This document shows positions 43,318 to 52,094 of a stretch of DNA of 64,000 nucleotides, one piece after another. This DNA is from Eubacteriales bacterium (GTDB lineage Bacteria > Bacillota > Clostridia > Oscillospirales > CAG-272): positions 7,982 through 71,981 of the forward strand of contig JAZSPB010000156.1 in the NCBI GenBank assembly GCA_045537235.1, given 5' to 3'. Under the pieces are notes generated by a model, which worked only from the letters and a program-made list of their open reading frames with translations, was not told the DNA's origin and ran no database searches. A program made the translations under genes and the position numbers. How positions within the stretch are numbered: position 1 is the stretch's first letter; each line of letters begins with the position of its first letter.

Positions 43318-46300
43318 ATGAACAGAAATTCGGATGACAGTATCCACGATATTCTGGAGCGGCTGCGCAAAAATGTGGAAAATCAAGACGACGAGCCGAT
43401 TGCAGAAACCGTTGCCCCCGCGCCCAATACCGAATCCCCTGAAAATCTTTTGGATAAATTAAAAGCACACATGGGAGAAGCCGCGGCAAGCACCGAGGAC
43501 TCTCGAGAAAGCGATTATGACATTCGCGGGTTTGAAATTTCCGAATCGGAGGAACCCGAGATGCCTTCTTCCAAGGAGGAGAAGCAACCGCCTCAAGCGG
43601 AGATGACCGAATCCTCCTCTAAACAGGAATCTTTGATCGATCTGCCATGGGAAGAGGGACCGGAGAGCGCGCCTTCGCTTTCCGAATCATCTGACCTGTT
43701 TGAAGAAGCAGAGAACGGCAGGGGAAATGATGATGAAGAAACGGAATTTCATAAAGATGAGCAAGTTGAAGCGCCAACCGAAACAATTTCTTCTTCTGCG
43801 ATCATTGAGGAAGTGATTGCGGAAGCATCTCTCCCCCCTGAAGCGGAAGAACTTACCGAATCACCCATTGATTGCGCAGAAACGGAAGAATTGCAAGAGT
43901 CGGAGCCTATTGAAGAAAATTCCGATGAACTCGCAGATACAAAACCTCTCAATGATGCCGAAAATCATGCCGATGTTGTCACAGATGTCGTCGCTAACGC
44001 GGAGGATGATGTTGTTGAATTGCCTTCCGTTTCCGCCGACTCTGACACGAGCGAAAGGGAAATGTCTGCCAACGACATCGAAACCGATGAAGAATCGGAC
44101 AATGGTGAACGTACCACCGTTGTAAATACATCTGACACCGTCGAAGATGCGAAAGAAAACGAAACGGTAGACGAACAACCGCTTACAACCGCAGAGATGG
44201 AGGAAGAGGTTCGCAAACGTGTGGAGCTTTTTGTGGAAAAAACAGTAGCTCCCGAGGAAGAGTTTGATTACTTTGCTCAAATGGAACGCGCCGCTATGCG
44301 GAGCAAGCAAAGATCCTCCTCGGAAGAAAGCATTGATACCGAAGCCGTTTCCGCAGACATCACCGATCCTGTGCAAGAAACCCTTCCCGATGAAACGGAT
44401 TCCGAAAACACCGACATTCTTGTGTCCGAGGTTGAGACGACGCCCCCCATTGAGCAAGAATCGCAAACAATGGTTGAGGCACCAATATCTGCAGAAGCAT
44501 TCTCTGTTCTTTCGGAAAATGAAGAAACGATAGCTTCGCCGTTATTGGAAACCAAAACATCTTCCTTTTTCTACCAAAAGAAAGATACGGATGCATCGTC
44601 CAAGGACAGTCTATCCGTTGATCATGCAGCCTCGCGTCTTGATGACACCGACATCAATCTCCTTTTGGCTTTGGGGCAGAAGGATGCGCTGGAAAAGAGT
44701 GTTGGTTTTGTCCGCGTCCGCGAAGCAAAAAATAACTTTTACGATCCCGCTGACGAAGAACCGATCGGAAAAGCCTTTGCTTATAGCGGGGAAGAATTTC
44801 GTTCTTCCGAGCAAGCGGAAACGATCAAAAGCAATTATCGAAAAGAAAGAAAAACACTCTATAAACGCTTGGTTTGCACCTCGCTCCTTTCTCTTGTTTT
44901 GCTGTTTTTGGAGCATCTCACGCTTACCGGTCTCACGATTCCGTATCTTTCCGATTTTTTGTCGGTGAAACTGTACTATAATTTAACCAATCTGGTTCTT
45001 ATCACGCTTTGCTTGCTGATTTCCTTGAAACCGATCTTGAATGGTATCCACGGGTTCTTTACCATGCGTCCCAACCAGCATACCCCTGTTGCCGTCCTTT
45101 CTTTGCTCAACTTGGTCTACAGTATAGCACTGCCGCTGTTTTTCAATTCATCCAACATCAACACCTACAATTTCGTTCTTTCTCTGTTCTGGATCCTTTC
45201 GATTATTGGTGACAATATTCGACTTACCAAAGAGATCATGACATTTGATGTTATTTCGGACAAAAAGGAAAAATTCTCTCTGGAAAAAGCCGAACTCTCT
45301 CCCGAAACCATTCGTGAAAAAAATGTTCTTCAGAAAAGAGATCTGTTGGTGGAACGTGTCAGCTTTGTAGGAAAATATTTTACGAGAACCGCTCGCCGTT
45401 CTGCCGCCTATAACCAATATTTTATTGAGCTTTTAGTTATTTTGACGGTCGCCATTTTATCCGCCGTTGTGACAGCTTTTGTCAGCAACAGTGTATCACA
45501 ATCCGTTCATATGCTGATTTTGGTTCTTTTTATCTGTATACCGGCACAGCATTTGGTTCTCGGCGTTTATCCGTTTGGAAGATTGGCCAAGCTCTTGTAT
45601 AAAAACGACAGCGCCATCATCGGGGAAACCGTTGACCGTGAATATGTTGGTGCCAACACGGTGTATCTTGACGATATTGAAATGTTCGGTCATCATGGTG
45701 TTTCGGTTTCCGGTCTCCGTGTGTATAACGATGCGGATCTTTGCAAGATCTTATATCATGCCTCTGCCGTATTTTCGCAAGTAGAAGGACCGCTTCGTTA
45801 TGTTTTTGAGGATTCTGCCCAAGAGATCGAAGATCCGCAATCGGTAAAGCTTCTAAACATTTGCGCCAATGGTGTCGAAGCGTTGGTGGATTCTCAAGAT
45901 AAGATATTCATCGGTAATATTGGCTTTATGCGCAGTAACGGATTTTTCCCCAAGCGCAATGAGGATGATGACAGAAAAGTCGATAGCGGAGAGATATCTA
46001 TCCTCTATATGACAGTCAATGGGACTCTTTGCGCGAAATTCTATATGAAATATGTCATAACACAACGGTTTGAAAAATTTGTTGAGGAAATGAGCGAAAA
46101 CAATACCAAGGTGGGAATTCGAACCTTGGATCCCAATGTGACCGAACGCATGATCGCTCTTCTTCGCCGCGGAAAGGAAACCGAGATATCGGTCATTCGT
46201 CCGACACTCAACGACCTTACACCTCTTGGAAGACGCTCCGACAGCGGTATTATCACGGCCAAAAGTCCGCACATGATCTCTCGCATTCTTGCGCAGTGTA

Positions 46301-46488
46301 CGCGGTTGAAAAAGATCAATCGATTCAGTTCGTGGATGCGGTTCCTTTCCGGTGTTGTTGGCATAGGTGCAATTGTTGCTTTGATCTTGACTCAAATGAC
46401 CAATAACGTTCCGTCTCTTGCCGTTGCATTCTATCAACTGCTTTGGTTGATTCCAACGCTGATCTATACCAAGATAAAATTGAAATAG
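43318..46488 (+). CDS. Large membrane protein: ~500-aa acidic disordered N-terminus plus a degenerate P1B-type-ATPase-like core (predicted pseudo-ATPase)
   Basis: 1056 aa. Residues 1-~500 are E/D/S/T-rich low complexity. These are followed by ~6 TM helices. ICIPAQ sits where CPC would be, and TVYLDDIEMFG sits where V.FDKTGTLT would be. There is no TGES actuator or GDGxND motif. Two C-terminal TM helices are present. Confidence 0.5.
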   Translation: MNRNSDDSIHDILERLRKNVENQDDEPIAETVAPAPNTESPENLLDKLKAHMGEAAASTEDSRESDYDIRGFEISESEEPEMPSSKEEKQPPQAEMTESSSKQESLIDLPWEEGPESAPSLSESSDLFEEAENGRGNDDEETEFHKDEQVEAPTETISSSAIIEEVIAEASLPPEAEELTESPIDCAETEELQESEPIEENSDELADTKPLNDAENHADVVTDVVANAEDDVVELPSVSADSDTSEREMSANDIETDEESDNGERTTVVNTSDTVEDAKENETVDEQPLTTAEMEEEVRKRVELFVEKTVAPEEEFDYFAQMERAAMRSKQRSSSEESIDTEAVSADITDPVQETLPDETDSENTDILVSEVETTPPIEQESQTMVEAPISAEAFSVLSENEETIASPLLETKTSSFFYQKKDTDASSKDSLSVDHAASRLDDTDINLLLALGQKDALEKSVGFVRVREAKNNFYDPADEEPIGKAFAYSGEEFRSSEQAETIKSNYRKERKTLYKRLVCTSLLSLVLLFLEHLTLTGLTIPYLSDFLSVKLYYNLTNLVLITLCLLISLKPILNGIHGFFTMRPNQHTPVAVLSLLNLVYSIALPLFFNSSNINTYNFVLSLFWILSIIGDNIRLTKEIMTFDVISDKKEKFSLEKAELSPETIREKNVLQKRDLLVERVSFVGKYFTRTARRSAAYNQYFIELLVILTVAILSAVVTAFVSNSVSQSVHMLILVLFICIPAQHLVLGVYPFGRLAKLLYKNDSAIIGETVDREYVGANTVYLDDIEMFGHHGVSVSGLRVYNDADLCKILYHASAVFSQVEGPLRYVFEDSAQEIEDPQSVKLLNICANGVEALVDSQDKIFIGNIGFMRSNGFFPKRNEDDDRKVDSGEISILYMTVNGTLCAKFYMKYVITQRFEKFVEEMSENNTKVGIRTLDPNVTERMIALLRRGKETEISVIRPTLNDLTPLGRRSDSGIITAKSPHMISRILAQCTRLKKINRFSSWMRFLSGVVGIGAIVALILTQMTNNVPSLAVAFYQLLWLIPTLIYTKIKLK

Positions 46489-46498
46489 GAAGATACAA

Positions 46499-48355
46499 AT
46501 GAAAAATAACAGTTCAATTATGAAAGCCGTCACCAAGCCCGGGCGGTATTCGGGCGGTGAATATAACCAGATCATCAAGGACAAAAATAAAGTAAAAGCA
46601 AGATGGGCTTTCTGCTTTCCCGATTCTTATGAGATCGGTATGTCCAACCTCGGTGTTCGAATCCTCTACGGTGTCTTGAATAATGAAGATGATATCTGGT
46701 GCGAAAGGGTTTATACCCCTTGGTCGGATATGCAGGAAAAAATGCGCGAGCATAACCTTCCTCTGACCGCTCACGAGAGCAAAGACCCTTTGACAGAATT
46801 TGATATTATCGGTTTCACGCTTCAATACGAGATGTCATATACCAATGTTCTCAATATGTTAAAACTGGCAGGAATTCCGCTCCGCGCCGCTGACCGCGGA
46901 GATGAATATCCTATCATTATCGGTGGCGGTCCTTGCGCCTATAATGCCGAGCCGATTGCCGATTTCTTCGATTGTTTTTCCATCGGAGAAGGGGAGGATA
47001 TGTTGGTGGAATTTACAAAGCTCTACATAAAAATGAAGGAGAGCGGCAATTATTCCAAACGCGAATTCCTCCACGAAGCGGTCAAGACGGTAGGCGGCAC
47101 CTATATTCCTTCCTTCTATGATGTCACCTACAATGATGATAATACCATAAAGGCTTATACTCCAATTTACGATGACATTCCCACTCGCGTTACCAAGCGT
47201 ATCATGAAGGATATGGACAAAGCCTATTTCCCGGACAGGGTAGTCATGCCTTATATCGAGACTGTTCACGACCGAATCATGCTGGAGGTCTATCGCGGCT
47301 GTATTCGTGGCTGTCGTTTTTGCCAAGCGGGCATGGTCTACCGTCCCGTGCGCGAAAAAACGGCAGAGGTTTTGAATCAACAGGCTCGTTGTCTCTATGA
47401 GTCTACGGGATATGAGGAGATTTCTCTCACCTCACTTTCCATCAGCGACTATACCGAATTGGAATCGCTTACCGACAAACTGTTGTCTTGGACGGATGAA
47501 AATATGGTGAGCCTCTCTTTGCCTTCATTACGTGTTGATAGCTTTACAAAAGAACTGATGGATAAGGTAGCAAGTGTACGCTCGTCATCGCTGACTTTTG
47601 CCCCCGAGGCAGGAACCCAGCGTTTGCGCGATGTGATCAACAAAAACGTCAGAGAAGAGGATCTTCTCCGGGCCGTCAATGTCGCATTTGATGCCGGAAA
47701 AAATCAAGTTAAGCTCTATTTTATGATGGGACTTCCCACCGAGCAGTTGAGTGACCTCGACGGTATTGCTGCATTGGCAAAAAATGTTGTGGATGCCTAT
47801 TATCAGAATCCCCACCGTAATAAAGCAAGATCGCCCCAAGTCACTGTCAGTGTGTCTTGCTTTATTCCCAAGCCTTTTACCCCCTTCCAGTGGGAGGCAC
47901 AGGACACGCGGGAAATGTTGGAAATGAAGCAACAGTATCTTGCTGAAAAGATTACCGATCGCAAGGTTCGTTATATTCATCATGACTCTAAGACATCTCA
48001 CATTGAGGCAGTCCTCGCACGAGGAGATAGACGCCTCTCCGCGGCACTTGAATTGGCCTGTGAGGAGAATTTCATGTTTGACTCGTGGGATGAATTCTTT
48101 GATTATGATAAATGGCTGTCGGTGTTTGAAAGAACCGGCATCGATCCTGCTTTCTATGCCAACCGTAAATTCGGCATGGATGAGGTTCTTCCTTGGGACA
48201 TTATTGATTGCGGTGTCGAAAAGAGCTTTTTCAAACGTGAGTGTGAAAAGGCATACCAAGAAAACACAACGCCCAATTGCCGCGAAAAATGCAGCGGTTG
48301 CGGTGCCAATAAACTGGGAGGTGAACGCTCATGCTGTCCCAAGATCAACAGGTAA
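46499..48355 (+). CDS. B12-binding-domain radical SAM protein (TIGR03960-like family)
   Basis: 618 aa. The N-terminal B12-binding-like domain is followed by the radical-SAM cluster motif CIRGCRFCQAG (CxxxCxxC). The C-terminus is Cys-rich (CREKCSGCGA). Confidence 0.8.
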   Translation: MKNNSSIMKAVTKPGRYSGGEYNQIIKDKNKVKARWAFCFPDSYEIGMSNLGVRILYGVLNNEDDIWCERVYTPWSDMQEKMREHNLPLTAHESKDPLTEFDIIGFTLQYEMSYTNVLNMLKLAGIPLRAADRGDEYPIIIGGGPCAYNAEPIADFFDCFSIGEGEDMLVEFTKLYIKMKESGNYSKREFLHEAVKTVGGTYIPSFYDVTYNDDNTIKAYTPIYDDIPTRVTKRIMKDMDKAYFPDRVVMPYIETVHDRIMLEVYRGCIRGCRFCQAGMVYRPVREKTAEVLNQQARCLYESTGYEEISLTSLSISDYTELESLTDKLLSWTDENMVSLSLPSLRVDSFTKELMDKVASVRSSSLTFAPEAGTQRLRDVINKNVREEDLLRAVNVAFDAGKNQVKLYFMMGLPTEQLSDLDGIAALAKNVVDAYYQNPHRNKARSPQVTVSVSCFIPKPFTPFQWEAQDTREMLEMKQQYLAEKITDRKVRYIHHDSKTSHIEAVLARGDRRLSAALELACEENFMFDSWDEFFDYDKWLSVFERTGIDPAFYANRKFGMDEVLPWDIIDCGVEKSFFKRECEKAYQENTTPNCREKCSGCGANKLGGERSCCPKINR

Positions 48356-49068
48356 AGGCTTGCTACAGACGCAAGGAATGGCCGCTTCTGCCGACGCCGA
48401 TCAATGTAAGAGTCAAATTCCAAAAGATTGGGGATCTGCAATATATTTCTCATCTGGATCTTCAGCGCACTTTGCACCGGATTCTTGTCCGTGCGGGAAT
48501 TCCCATGTGGTATACAAAGGGATTTAACCCTCATGCAAAGATCGTCTTTTCCACGCCGCTTTCCGTAGGCGCGCAAAGTGTTTGCGAGATGGTAGATATC
48601 CGCATTGACCGTGATATGCCTTGTGAAGAGATCAAGCGGTTGCTGAATTTGGAAGTAACCGAAGAGCTTCGCATCCTTGATGTATATTTGCCCACAACCA
48701 AATTTTCCGATATCGTTTGGGCAAGCTATGAAATTGAAATTCATGAAAAGGGAATTACCAACTTCTCGGAAACCATTCAAAAAATTGTTGAGACTGATCA
48801 TATCATGGCAATGAAGAAAACTAAGTCCGGCGAGAAAGAAGTGGATATTTTGCCAATGATAAAAGGTTTTTGGGCTTCCGCCGATGAAAAAAGTGAATAT
48901 CTTTCTATAAAAGCTGTGTTGAATGTTGGGCAAGACAATTACCTAAACCCGGAATTGCTGATTCAAGTCTTAAAACAAAAATTTTCCATTCTCTCCACCG
49001 ATGATTCATGGTATACCGTTATGAGAACCGCAACCTATTTTGAGGATGGAATAACCGTTTTCGAATAA
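48331..49068 (+). CDS. Radical-SAM-associated protein (TIGR03936/DUF2344-like)
   Basis: VRVKFQKIGDLQYISHLDLQRTLHRILVRAGIP..YTKGFNPH is the hallmark N-terminus of this family. It overlaps the upstream radical SAM gene by 25 nt. Confidence 0.7.
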   Translation: MLSQDQQVKACYRRKEWPLLPTPINVRVKFQKIGDLQYISHLDLQRTLHRILVRAGIPMWYTKGFNPHAKIVFSTPLSVGAQSVCEMVDIRIDRDMPCEEIKRLLNLEVTEELRILDVYLPTTKFSDIVWASYEIEIHEKGITNFSETIQKIVETDHIMAMKKTKSGEKEVDILPMIKGFWASADEKSEYLSIKAVLNVGQDNYLNPELLIQVLKQKFSILSTDDSWYTVMRTATYFEDGITVFE

Positions 49069-49086
49069 GTAAAGAAAGGATTATCT

Positions 49087-50877
49087 ATGGGAATTTTTTC
49101 CATGACGCAAGCGCTTTCGTTTGCCGGAAAAATATTTGATAATAAAAATTCTACCACTCCCATGGTGGAAACGACTTCGTTCAAGCCGTCTTTTTCATGG
49201 CAATACGAAAGCCAACGAATCGAACGATGCGCCCCCGAAGAGCAGGGCATTCCTTCATCGTTAATACATGATTTTATTCAGACCTTGGCAGAGGATAAGA
49301 CACTTAACCTTCACAATATTTCTATTCTGCGTAACGGAAAGGTGCTTTGTGAAGTTGCTTTCGGAGCCGAGCGCCTTGATGTTTGGAAATACACCTTTTC
49401 TGCTTGTAAAAGTGTACTGTCTTTGGCTGTTGGAATCCTTGTCGATGACGGTATTCTTCATTTGAGCGACCGCGTTGTAGATATATTTCCCAAGGTGGTT
49501 CCGCCGTTGAGCAAGATAAAATTAAAGGATCTGACGGTGGAGGATCTCCTCACCATGAGAAGCCCTGTTCTCTTTGCGGAAATTGATTCCGCTATCGAAA
49601 AAGATTGGCTTCGGGGATATTTTTCCGCACCAACTAAAGGCGAGCCGGGTGAAACCTTTAAATACAACAGTCTTAACTCCTACATTCTCTCTGCAATCGT
49701 TGTTCAAAAAAGCGGTATGTCGCTGTCGGATTTTCTTGACACAAGACTTTTTACCCCCCTTGGCATTGATCGAGGTGCCTGGTACTGGGAAAAATGTCCG
49801 ATGGGGATAGAAAAGGGTGGTTGGGGATTGTTTATCTACCCGGAGGATTTTTGCAAAATTGTTCAATTGGTTATGCAAAAAGGAACATGGAACAACCGGC
49901 AACTAATTTCCGAAACATATTTGACGGCTGCCACCGCGGCTCAAGTCGAGGTTACGGAGGAAAGTGCACTCTTTAATTACGGATACCATATATGGGTAGG
50001 AAAGCATACAGATACTTTCTTATTTAATGGAATGCTGGGACAAAATTTTATCGGGTTTAAAAACAGTGGTATCATTGTTGCCTGTAATGCGGGGAACGGA
50101 GAATTTTTTCAGCAAAGCAATTTCTTCCGTTATCTTGTTGAATTTTTCGATAAAAAATTTGAAGGCACCTGTCCCAAAAATGCCAAAGCTTCGCTTGCCC
50201 TCTCCAATTATATCTCTTCGCTTTCTGCCTACACTGTCAAGCCACTCAAGAAAAATATCTTCGCTCGGCTTTTTCAACAGATCTTCAAAAAAACAAGCCA
50301 CTCACATGATTTCGATACGCTTGCCGGAACAAAATTTCAATATTTTAGAGGGCATGAAAAGGCGATCGGTCTTCTTCCATTGGTACTACAGGCGGTTGAA
50401 AACTGTTATCCCAAGGGATTTTGCAGTGTATCATTTGACCGCGATGGAAAAAATGATGTTTTGATCTACGAGGAAAACGAAAATCGGTTGAAACTGCCGT
50501 TGGGATTTGATAAGCCCCAAATCACCGAGCTTTCCTTTGGGGAAAATCGCTTTCTTGTGGCAACAAAGGCAAGCTTTAAATATGACGAAGATGATCGTCG
50601 TGTCCTCGTGATTCGAATCGATTTTCTCGAATTTCCATCTTCCCGCATCTTGAAATTTATATTTTTAAACCAAGATACGGTCTTGTTTCGTCAAGAAGAG
50701 CTTCCCGGGAAAGATTTTGCGATCGAAACAATTCGAGAGCACATTGGAGAATTTGCAGACAAGCCGATGCTTTCGGGAATCATCGAACGGATCGGCAGCG
50801 ACTTTTTTGAATTTAAAGCCGAATGTGCGTTTGCTCCCGAACTGACATTAAAACGTCAAAAAAACAAATACAAATAA
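49087..50877 (+). CDS. Serine hydrolase (class C beta-lactamase/PBP4*-like) with a ~250-aa C-terminal extension
   Basis: SxxK motif (FSACKSV), Y-x-N (FKYNSLNSY) and a beta-lactamase-fold length for aa ~60-340. I do not recognise the C-terminal domain. Confidence 0.65.
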   Translation: MGIFSMTQALSFAGKIFDNKNSTTPMVETTSFKPSFSWQYESQRIERCAPEEQGIPSSLIHDFIQTLAEDKTLNLHNISILRNGKVLCEVAFGAERLDVWKYTFSACKSVLSLAVGILVDDGILHLSDRVVDIFPKVVPPLSKIKLKDLTVEDLLTMRSPVLFAEIDSAIEKDWLRGYFSAPTKGEPGETFKYNSLNSYILSAIVVQKSGMSLSDFLDTRLFTPLGIDRGAWYWEKCPMGIEKGGWGLFIYPEDFCKIVQLVMQKGTWNNRQLISETYLTAATAAQVEVTEESALFNYGYHIWVGKHTDTFLFNGMLGQNFIGFKNSGIIVACNAGNGEFFQQSNFFRYLVEFFDKKFEGTCPKNAKASLALSNYISSLSAYTVKPLKKNIFARLFQQIFKKTSHSHDFDTLAGTKFQYFRGHEKAIGLLPLVLQAVENCYPKGFCSVSFDRDGKNDVLIYEENENRLKLPLGFDKPQITELSFGENRFLVATKASFKYDEDDRRVLVIRIDFLEFPSSRILKFIFLNQDTVLFRQEELPGKDFAIETIREHIGEFADKPMLSGIIERIGSDFFEFKAECAFAPELTLKRQKNKYK

Positions 50878-50883
50878 AAGAAA

Positions 50884-50922
50884 AGCACTTATGGAAACAT
50901 TACCATAAGTGCTACTTTTTTT
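50884..50922. terminator. Bidirectional intrinsic terminator
   Basis: agcacttatgg / ccataagtgct 11-bp perfect stem, followed by TTTTTTT on the + strand and preceded by A/T runs. Confidence 0.8.
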
Positions 50923-50928
50923 AAGTCA

Positions 50929-51177
50929 TCAATCTATATGCGACTTAAGAGCGATGGCCAACTGATCGGGGCAGGAGGTAGACTTGAAACCGCAACGAAT
51001 GCCTTCTAATTTTGCGATAGCCTCCTCGACCTTCATTCCTTTAACAAGTGCCGCCACCCCTTGTGTATTTCCGGAACAGCCGCCTAAAAACTTAACCTCC
51101 GCAATTGTATCATTTTCCAGTGTGATCTCGATTTCTCTGGCACAAACGCCGCGTGTTCTGTAAGTGAAACGATCCAT
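50929..51177 (-). CDS. TSCPD-domain protein (TIGR03905-like)
   Basis: 82 aa from the ATG at 51177 (GGAGGA RBS). RGVCAREI..., FLGGCSGNTQG and KSTSCPDQLA are the conserved Cys motifs of the small TSCPD family. Confidence 0.7.
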   Translation of the reverse strand: MDRFTYRTRGVCAREIEITLENDTIAEVKFLGGCSGNTQGVAALVKGMKVEEAIAKLEGIRCGFKSTSCPDQLAIALKSHID

Positions 51178-51191
51178 TTTTCTTCCTCCGA

Positions 51192-52094
51192 TCATATTTG
51201 AATATACAGACCAATAACATTAATATCTTTCCCAAAAAGAAACAAATAAATGAAGAAGGGAAGTGCTGTATTCTCTGATATTTCAAGGGTGACCGTATCT
51301 ACACAGGCATTTCCTCGATAGTATAGGGGCACCGATGACAGGCGCATAACCGACATTTCAAATTGATCGGCTGCTCCAATCATATCCAGCATTTTTTGTG
51401 CATTCGATGAGATGACTGAAAGTTCGATCCGACGGGGATAACTTCCGCCAAACTGATAGACTTCACGAGACACCATGGCAAACCCGGTAAATGCATCCCC
51501 TTCTTCGTCCTCGACATTGCAAACAGCACTGATTTTCAACTCATATTTGTCTAACATCCGATAAAAACTGTTCAGGCGTCCGTCGGTTGAGTTTTCTATG
51601 GGAAGGATCCCAAAATCACATTCGCCGCGGTGAATACGTTCGCAAACATCCACAAAGCTATCCGATTGAATCAATTCATCGTTCGGTATCAGTGAACAAA
51701 AACGATCGTATGCCAGAGATGAATACCGATTGGACATCCAGCAGGCAATTGAGGCTGATGCTTGCACTTGACGAAGGGTTTCTGAAGACACCTCAAGGAG
51801 ATCTTCAAGAGAATATCTTGAAGCCAACAATTTTGCAATAAGAGTTTTTTCTTTTATGGTATCTGCGCGAGACTGTTTTATCTCTCTCGCTTTTTCGCGC
51901 CGCAAACGATACTGTGAAAGAAGCATTCTCGCCGCTGCGGAAAAGGAAAGAGTTTCAGAAAGAAAATTCTCATAATAATCTCGGAGCAAAAGCCTTTTTT
52001 CCTCTTCGATCGTCTTCTTTTCTTCGGTTATGGAGGACAAGTTACGCAAAAGAATTTCTTCCCGATTCAATTTGGACTTTGCCTCAGTATTCAT
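51192..52094 (-). CDS. Degenerate prephenate-dehydratase-like protein with a helical N-terminal region and an ACT-like C-terminus
   Basis: FGILPIENSTDGRLNSFY resembles the PDT motif (VPIENS.EG.V). The TRF motif is replaced by TGF, and the ESRP motif by SSVP. The middle of the PDT domain appears to be missing. The start overlaps the htpG stop (ATGA). Confidence 0.4.
   Translation of the reverse strand: MNTEAKSKLNREEILLRNLSSITEEKKTIEEEKRLLLRDYYENFLSETLSFSAAARMLLSQYRLRREKAREIKQSRADTIKEKTLIAKLLASRYSLEDLLEVSSETLRQVQASASIACWMSNRYSSLAYDRFCSLIPNDELIQSDSFVDVCERIHRGECDFGILPIENSTDGRLNSFYRMLDKYELKISAVCNVEDEEGDAFTGFAMVSREVYQFGGSYPRRIELSVISSNAQKMLDMIGAADQFEMSVMRLSSVPLYYRGNACVDTVTLEISENTALPFFIYLFLFGKDINVIGLYIQI

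Noticed and set aside
42340-43386. 348-aa minus-strand ORF
   Set aside because: It is antisense to rlmB and spans the rlmB promoter and the start of the next gene. It has no motifs, whereas rlmB shows clear SpoU signatures.
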